Both the position numbers and the translations under genes were made by a program. The notes under the pieces are model-generated. The model saw nothing but the letters and a program-made list of their open reading frames with translations, was not told the DNA's origin and did not search any database. 64,000 bases of DNA. Source: an uncultured Gammaproteobacteria bacterium (lineage in GTDB: Bacteria > Patescibacteriota > Patescibacteriia > Magasanikbacterales > GWA2-37-8). Below, piece by piece: positions 58,443-64,000 of the stretch; positions within the stretch are counted from its first letter, which is position 1, and each line of letters opens with the position of its first letter. The stretch covers positions 806,509 through 870,508 of the forward strand of contig CAZQUL010000001.1 in the NCBI GenBank assembly GCA_964596525.1, given 5' to 3'.

Positions 58443-60986
58443 TTACAACGTTGCTTCGCTTAAATCTACATTGCTTGGTTTGGATACGCCGAGTGCGGCG
58501 CGTTCCATGATTTCGGCGTTTACCACGTCGCGGGGGCGGCCGTACTTGAGGCGCGAAAGTTCCTTGATGGCCGCGGCGAGCTCTTTGTTACCCGGTTGCG
58601 GCGGATACGTCATCATATTGAACGGTTTGGCGGCAGTATTGTCGATGAGGAGTTTGATGTAGGCGGTAAACTGCTCCACGTTCACGAGGTCATAGGCGCC
58701 AAAAACCGGCGCGAATTCTTTGGCGAGGATTTCGGCATCCTCCACGCCGATACGGAAACTGACGAGCGTACCTGCGTTACCGAGCACGGCATCGCGTACC
58801 GTAGTTTTGCCCTTGTTGTCTTCGAGCTGCTTCATGTACTGGTGCGCGATGATAAGTTCCAAACGGTATTTGCGCGCTTCAGACAAAATGGTGGCGATGG
58901 AGTCGGTAATGAAGTTCTGAAACTCGTCGATATAGAGGAAGAAGTCGTGGCGTTGTTCTTCGGGGAGTGCGGCACGTTCGAGCGCGGCCATCTGGAGTTT
59001 GGATACGATAATCATGCCGAGCAGGTTGGCGTTGATTTCACCCACCAAACCTTTGGCCAGGTTGACAAGCAAGATTTTCTTTTTGTCCATGATATCGCGG
59101 AAGTTGAAACCGGAACGCGTTTGACCGATGATGTTTCGGACCATTTCGTTTTCCACGAAGCGGCCGACTTTCGAAATGAGGTAACCAAGCATTTCGGATT
59201 TATGGAAGTCGGACGTTTTGGCCATTTCTTTTTCCCAAAAGGCGAGCACCATCGGGTCCTTGAGTTTCTTTTTCCACTTTTCCACGAAGGCATCGTCGGT
59301 GAACATGCGGGGGATTTCCACGATGCTGCCGGGGTTTTCGAGATCCGCCATGAGCGTCAACATGACGTTTCTCATGTTGTGCTCGAACATCGGGCCGATC
59401 ATGGCCGGATCCGATACCATCTTGTAGAAAATGGAGATCATTTCTTGCGTCACGAAGTCTTTCTGTTCCTCGGTGCGCGCTTCGAGCATGTTGAGACCGA
59501 TGGGGCGCTCGATGTCTGATGGATTAAAGTACACAACGTCGTCGGCGCGCTCTTTGGGCACGTGCTGCAAAACGTATTCCACGAAATCGCCGTGCGGATC
59601 GATGACACATACGCCTTCACCGTTAATAACATCTTGCACGGCCAGGTTCTGGATGAAGACCGATTTACCGCTACCGGATTTACCGATGACGTAGAGGTGG
59701 CGGCGGCGGTCGGCACGCTTCATGCGTACAATGGTTTCTTCGCCGCGATAAATTGAACGGCCAAGGATAATGCCGTCTTTCGGTATATTGATGGGCGGGG
59801 GGGCCTTACGGGCGCCGAGCCAGTTGACGTGGGGGGTTTCGGTGGAAGCCGTGGGAAGGTGCCAGAGGCTTGCTAGTTCGGTCGTATTGACTACCATGTA
59901 GTGGTCTTCGCGCATGGTGCGGTAGATGGAATCTTCGATGAGGCGGTTGGGATTTTTGGGGATGGCAGCGGTAAGCGTGTTGCCGTAACGGTAGATGTTG
60001 TACTGACTGTAAGCGTTGATGATGTTTTCGAGGTTCATCATGGCCTGCTCTTTGCTCTCCGACGAGCTGACCAGACGGATCGTAATTTCAAGCCCGCCAT
60101 GGCTCATTTTTTCTTCCATGCTTTTTACCATTTCTTCTTCCATCTGCGTGGGGCGGTACGGATCTTCGCCGTCTTTTTTCTTGCTGTCTACCGCGGGTTT
60201 AAAGCCCTGGTACCATTTTTTCTTGTCCATGACGCTTTCCACTTTTTTGCCGGCACGGATATCGCGGATCTTGGCCACGCCTTGCTTGCGCCATTCGGAT
60301 GATGCTGGGCGGATGACGTACTGGATAATAGCACCTTCGTTGTCAGTCAGTTTGCTGAGCGGGTTAAGGAGCGATACCAACGGGTCGCTTTCGATTTTCT
60401 GGTAGTTTTTAAGCGGAAACGCGGAATTGTTCTTGAGCCATAAATACGCTCCGACCACCACGCTTTTAGGTTTGAAAATATTATAGTCGGACTCTTCGGT
60501 GATTTCGGCGTGGGGGTACTGGGCGTGGATCTGCTGCTCGATGAAATCGCGGAATTTAGCAGGAACGGCGACGTAGAAGGAGATTTTGCTGTCTTTGACG
60601 ACAATCTCGAACGAACTATGATCATTCCTGCCGTGTAGCCAGGATTTTTCCGGCTTAAGACCTGCGAGTGCGGCAAAGAGCGTTTCGCACACCGCGATCT
60701 GCTCGCGGATCTGGTTGATGTTTTCTTCGCCGCCGCCTCCGCCTGCCGAGTCGGATTTGCGTTCTTTGGGCACGCGGATGAGGAGTACGGTTTTATTGAA
60801 GGCACGGCTTTTGCGCGCCTTGCTGTGTAAAACGGCGCGGGCGATGTAGAGCCCGGCTACGGCGAGCAAAATGAGCACGACGACCCCTCCGGCAACAGCC
60901 ACGCCGAGCATAACGGTTTTGTTATCCGTAAGCGACGAAGCGGAAAACGATGATAACGATGATATGAAAGAAGAAATAGGGTCCAT
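58443..60986 (-). CDS. VirD4/TraG-family (type IV coupling protein-like) membrane-anchored ATPase
   Basis: One N-terminal TM helix. Walker A VIGKSGSGKS, Walker B LYIDEFQNF, AHQ motif. Trimmed to MDPISS (about 848 aa). Confidence 0.65.
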   Translation of the reverse strand: MDPISSFISSLSSFSASSLTDNKTVMLGVAVAGGVVVLILLAVAGLYIARAVLHSKARKSRAFNKTVLLIRVPKERKSDSAGGGGGEENINQIREQIAVCETLFAALAGLKPEKSWLHGRNDHSSFEIVVKDSKISFYVAVPAKFRDFIEQQIHAQYPHAEITEESDYNIFKPKSVVVGAYLWLKNNSAFPLKNYQKIESDPLVSLLNPLSKLTDNEGAIIQYVIRPASSEWRKQGVAKIRDIRAGKKVESVMDKKKWYQGFKPAVDSKKKDGEDPYRPTQMEEEMVKSMEEKMSHGGLEITIRLVSSSESKEQAMMNLENIINAYSQYNIYRYGNTLTAAIPKNPNRLIEDSIYRTMREDHYMVVNTTELASLWHLPTASTETPHVNWLGARKAPPPINIPKDGIILGRSIYRGEETIVRMKRADRRRHLYVIGKSGSGKSVFIQNLAVQDVINGEGVCVIDPHGDFVEYVLQHVPKERADDVVYFNPSDIERPIGLNMLEARTEEQKDFVTQEMISIFYKMVSDPAMIGPMFEHNMRNVMLTLMADLENPGSIVEIPRMFTDDAFVEKWKKKLKDPMVLAFWEKEMAKTSDFHKSEMLGYLISKVGRFVENEMVRNIIGQTRSGFNFRDIMDKKKILLVNLAKGLVGEINANLLGMIIVSKLQMAALERAALPEEQRHDFFLYIDEFQNFITDSIATILSEARKYRLELIIAHQYMKQLEDNKGKTTVRDAVLGNAGTLVSFRIGVEDAEILAKEFAPVFGAYDLVNVEQFTAYIKLLIDNTAAKPFNMMTYPPQPGNKELAAAIKELSRLKYGRPRDVVNAEIMERAALGVSKPSNVDLSEATL

Positions 60987-61071
60987 ACGAAAGTGACAGA
61001 GTAAGGTACGGTAGCCGTAGTGTACCACGAATGAGGGGTTTTTGATAGGCAAAAACAAGCCTGTTTTAATC

Positions 61072-61099
61072 CAAAACGCCCTCGGGCGAGGGCGTTTTG
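61072..61099 (-). terminator. terminator for the gene at 61108..61602
   Basis: AACGCCCTCG-ggc-GAGGGCGTT flanked by A and T runs. Confidence 0.5.
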
Positions 61100-61107
61100 C
61101 AGGTTCT

Positions 61108-61602
61108 TTATTCTTTGTTGACGAGCTTCATAAGGCGGTCGGTTTTTATCTTCGCTTCTTGCTCGAGGAAGAAGCGGTTGACGCCCGGTAGGATTTTGAG
61201 CCACTCGAAGATGAGAGTGAATATTTTTTCGACCTGCGATTTGCCGGAAGCAAGAATTTCGCGAATGGCGCGGGATGTTTGTTCGCCTTTGATTTTAAAG
61301 GCTTCTTTGGCGGTGGGGGAGAGCTCGCGGTATACGTCGCCGATGTTTTCTTCGAGGATTTTTTCTACTTTGACGGTGATTTCGTCACGGGTCGCGGGAA
61401 TCGGGGGTGGGGTACGGCGCAGCGGATTGAAGCTCCGCTTCTGACCGGTTTCGGCGGCCTTGCCCGGTTCTTTGCGTTCTTTTTCGCGAGCGGTTTCTCG
61501 TTGTTCGCGCGGTTTTTCTTGGTCGGGACGCTTAAGATCACCGGTCTGTTCCGGTTGGTTCATTACTTTTCGTTCGGGTTGCGGACCGAGTTCGGTAGGC
61601 AT
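61108..61602 (-). CDS. hypothetical protein (charged, Lys/Glu/Arg-rich)
   Basis: Trimmed to the ATG 11 nt downstream of a TATACT -10-like box. No motif recognised. Confidence 0.45.
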   Translation of the reverse strand: MPTELGPQPERKVMNQPEQTGDLKRPDQEKPREQRETAREKERKEPGKAAETGQKRSFNPLRRTPPPIPATRDEITVKVEKILEENIGDVYRELSPTAKEAFKIKGEQTSRAIREILASGKSQVEKIFTLIFEWLKILPGVNRFFLEQEAKIKTDRLMKLVNKE

Positions 61603-61664
61603 AGTGGGAGTAGTATAGCACGTTGGCCTCCTCGCCAAAAGTGTAGAGGCAACTTCTAGCAGTG

Positions 61665-63089
61665 TCAATGGTCCAGTTTTTTCTCGATTTTGGTGCCTTC
61701 GGGCGTGTCTTTGACGATGTAGCCGAGCGTTTCAAGTTCTGCACGTAAGCGGTCGGATTCGGCCCAGTTTTTGGTGGTGCGAGCGGTGTTGCGCGCAGTA
61801 ACAAGATTTGCAGCTTCGTCGGAGATATTTCCTGTAACACGAGCATTGAACGTGTCGAAATCTTCAGCTCCTTTGGCTATTGCAAGACCAAGAACCGAAT
61901 CAATGTCCAAAAGTTTTTTGTATGAAAATTTCGATTCCAAATAGTCTGATGACAATAAAGTGTGGAGAGCGGCCAGCCCCTGTGACGTATTGAGATCGTC
62001 GAGAACGCTTTCTTGCCAGTTTGAGGTGGCGGAAATGGATTTATCACCGGTGACCCTCTTTAACTTCCATGCCGCTTCGTACAAACGCTCTAGACTAACC
62101 TTGGACGCTTCAAGAGATTTTAAGCTAAAATTTTGTTGTGTCCGATAGTGCGCACCGAGAACGGCATACCTCAAATCCAATCCACTGAACCCCTTTTCCT
62201 CCAGATCGCGCAAGGTATAGAAATTTCCCAAACTCTTGGACATTTTTTTACCGTCCACCAAGAGGTGCTCGCTGTGGAACCAGTGGCGGACAAACGGTTC
62301 AGGCGCGTAGAGTGGAGCGCTTTGGGCGATTTCGTTGGTGTGGTGGGGGAAACGCAAATCCACGCCGCCGGTATGGATGGTGGTCGTCGCACCGTTAAAT
62401 TCCCGCCAGTTTACGGCGGAGCATTCGATGTGCCAGCCGGGGCGGCCTTTACCGAGTTCGAGGTCGTCCCAAAAAATCTGCCCGTCGTCTGGAGTATGTG
62501 CTTTCCAGAGGGCGAAGTCGCTCAAGTCGTCTTTGTGGTACTCGTCGTTCGCGATGCGGGCGTTGATTTTTTTACCTTCCATGAATTTTTCGCCCATGAG
62601 CGCGCCGTAATCGTGGAATGATTCCTCGTATTTTTGGATGCTGAAGTAGGTGCTGCCATCATCGGCCCGGTACGCAAAGCCTTGCGCAAGAAGTTTTTTG
62701 ATGAGTTCAATGATTGTCGGTATGACATCAGTAACGTTGACGAAGGCGATATCGTTCACGCTCGCGCCGACTTTTTGCAAGTCGTTTTTAAACAGGTCGA
62801 AGTAGCGCCTGGTGAAACGCTTAAGGTCGTCTGTGGCTGCACCGTTGCCTTTTTCGGCAATCGTCGCTTTGATGGTTTTGTCATCAACGTCGGTGATGTT
62901 CATGACCCAGTTTACGGCATAACCATCGGCCTTGAGCGTGCGGTAAAGAATATCGGCTGAGATAAAACTGCGTAGGTTGCCGATATGCGCGTAGTTGTAG
63001 ACGGTCGGGCCGCAGGAGTAGAGGTTGACCGTTCGATCGTTGGGGATGAGTTCTTTTGTTCGTGTAAGCGAGTTGTAGAGAGAGAGCAT
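61665..63089 (-). CDS. cysS: cysteine--tRNA ligase
   Basis: HIGN and KMSKS motifs. Trimmed to MLSLYNSLTRTKE. Confidence 0.9.
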   Translation of the reverse strand: MLSLYNSLTRTKELIPNDRTVNLYSCGPTVYNYAHIGNLRSFISADILYRTLKADGYAVNWVMNITDVDDKTIKATIAEKGNGAATDDLKRFTRRYFDLFKNDLQKVGASVNDIAFVNVTDVIPTIIELIKKLLAQGFAYRADDGSTYFSIQKYEESFHDYGALMGEKFMEGKKINARIANDEYHKDDLSDFALWKAHTPDDGQIFWDDLELGKGRPGWHIECSAVNWREFNGATTTIHTGGVDLRFPHHTNEIAQSAPLYAPEPFVRHWFHSEHLLVDGKKMSKSLGNFYTLRDLEEKGFSGLDLRYAVLGAHYRTQQNFSLKSLEASKVSLERLYEAAWKLKRVTGDKSISATSNWQESVLDDLNTSQGLAALHTLLSSDYLESKFSYKKLLDIDSVLGLAIAKGAEDFDTFNARVTGNISDEAANLVTARNTARTTKNWAESDRLRAELETLGYIVKDTPEGTKIEKKLDH

Positions 63090-63263
63090 ACACCCGGGTA
63101 AAATATGCCCAGAGTGGGCAGAAAAAACTATCAACATCCTACCTATTACTATACGTTCTGTCCACCGTTTGCTATACTTAATTCAATTAAAGGAGGTTAA
63201 AGAATCGGTTTTTTCGGCCTCCTCGGTCTTAGGCGAGAGGTTTTCTTTTTCTGTCATTTGCTT

Positions 63264-64000
63264 ATGTTTTGGTCTAAACCCGTTTCCTACGTCGGTATCG
63301 ATTTGGGCGCCGGTGGCGTCAAGCTGGTTGAGTTGCGCGAAGAAAAAAAACGCCCGGTTCTGTTTACCTACGGCCTTACATCCGACCATCATGACGTGCA
63401 CCGCATCCTGTCCATGACCCGTGCGGCTAGCAGTGAAAAAACACAGGCCGCTCCAACGGCTGCCGACGTGGTGGTCAAAAATCCGGCCCCCACTCCGGCT
63501 TCCAACCAAGAAAAAGAACTCGTTACGCGGTATGCCGCGCTGGTAAGCGCCGTGATGAAAAAAGTCGGAGTGAAAGCCAAGAAGGCGCTTGTCAATTTGC
63601 CTGTGTCGGCTGTCTTTCATACCATCGTTACCTTGCCGATCACCAAAAAAGAGGAGTTCGATCATTTATTGCGCGTTGAAGTGCAGAAACTGCTTCCCTA
63701 TAAACTCGACGAAGCGTCGGTTGAGTACGAAATCCTTTCGCAAAACAAAGAAGCCCAGGTGCAGCGCATCTTAGTGCATGCCGTGCCCAACGATTTGTTG
63801 GCGTTTTACACGGCCATGATGGAGCGGGCTGGCTTTAAGCGTGATGATGTGGAATTCGAAACCGAATCAGTCGCGTTGGTGCGCTCTCTTGTCGGCCGCG
63901 ATCCGGCACTCTCGATGATTATTGACATGGGTGCTGAGCGCACGAGCTTCTTTATTGTCGAAGAAGCAAAACCGATCACGCATCATTCCATCGAAGTAGG
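63264..64000 (+). CDS. pilM: type IV pilus assembly ATPase-like protein PilM (3' end beyond window)
   Basis: MFWSKPVSYVGIDLGAGGVKLVEL actin-like fold N-terminus. The ORF runs off the window end. Confidence 0.8.
   Translation, partial: MFWSKPVSYVGIDLGAGGVKLVELREEKKRPVLFTYGLTSDHHDVHRILSMTRAASSEKTQAAPTAADVVVKNPAPTPASNQEKELVTRYAALVSAVMKKVGVKAKKALVNLPVSAVFHTIVTLPITKKEEFDHLLRVEVQKLLPYKLDEASVEYEILSQNKEAQVQRILVHAVPNDLLAFYTAMMERAGFKRDDVEFETESVALVRSLVGRDPALSMIIDMGAERTSFFIVEEAKPITHHSIEV

Overview
The window looks like a streamlined bacterial chromosome of about 50% GC, with a gene repertoire that resembles Candidate Phyla Radiation / Saccharibacteria-like genomes (this is inference). There are many hypothetical membrane and secreted proteins, type IV pilus parts (pilD, pilM), a VirD4/TraG-like ATPase, a complete F1Fo ATP synthase operon, and few biosynthetic genes. 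Recognisable core genes are frr, glyQS, tpiA, era, pyrG, secA, the atp operon, tkt, dnaX, cysS, a NUDIX hydrolase, an M16 peptidase, a DsbA-like oxidoreductase and a cell-envelope glycosylation cluster (WbaP-like sugar transferase, UXS-like epimerase, GT2 plus small membrane protein, GT4, methyltransferase). There are four tRNAs: a Tyr-Thr-Thr cluster and one Gln. Most units are bracketed by clear TTGACA-N17 sigma70-like promoters and hairpin/T-run terminators. No CRISPR array or obvious transposase was seen. The most unusual feature is a set of ORF-confined high-GC segments (roughly 60-70% GC by eye, third codon positions almost all G/C) embedded in native-looking AT-richer intergenic DNA. 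These are a three-gene island at 16209-19921 whose last gene ends in a TIR-like domain, a chimeric Cys-rich secreted protein at 28306-28725, and a transporter at 35932-37365. They look like horizontally acquired coding sequences wired to host-type promoters. Secondary curiosities are tandem small-membrane-protein cassettes that share a duplicated 68-nt terminator and an extended -35 (TCTTGACAA), a long imperfect palindrome after pyrG, and a 1628-aa LamG/beta-helix surface protein locus. Coordinates of RNA and regulatory features were counted by hand and may be off by 1-2 nt.
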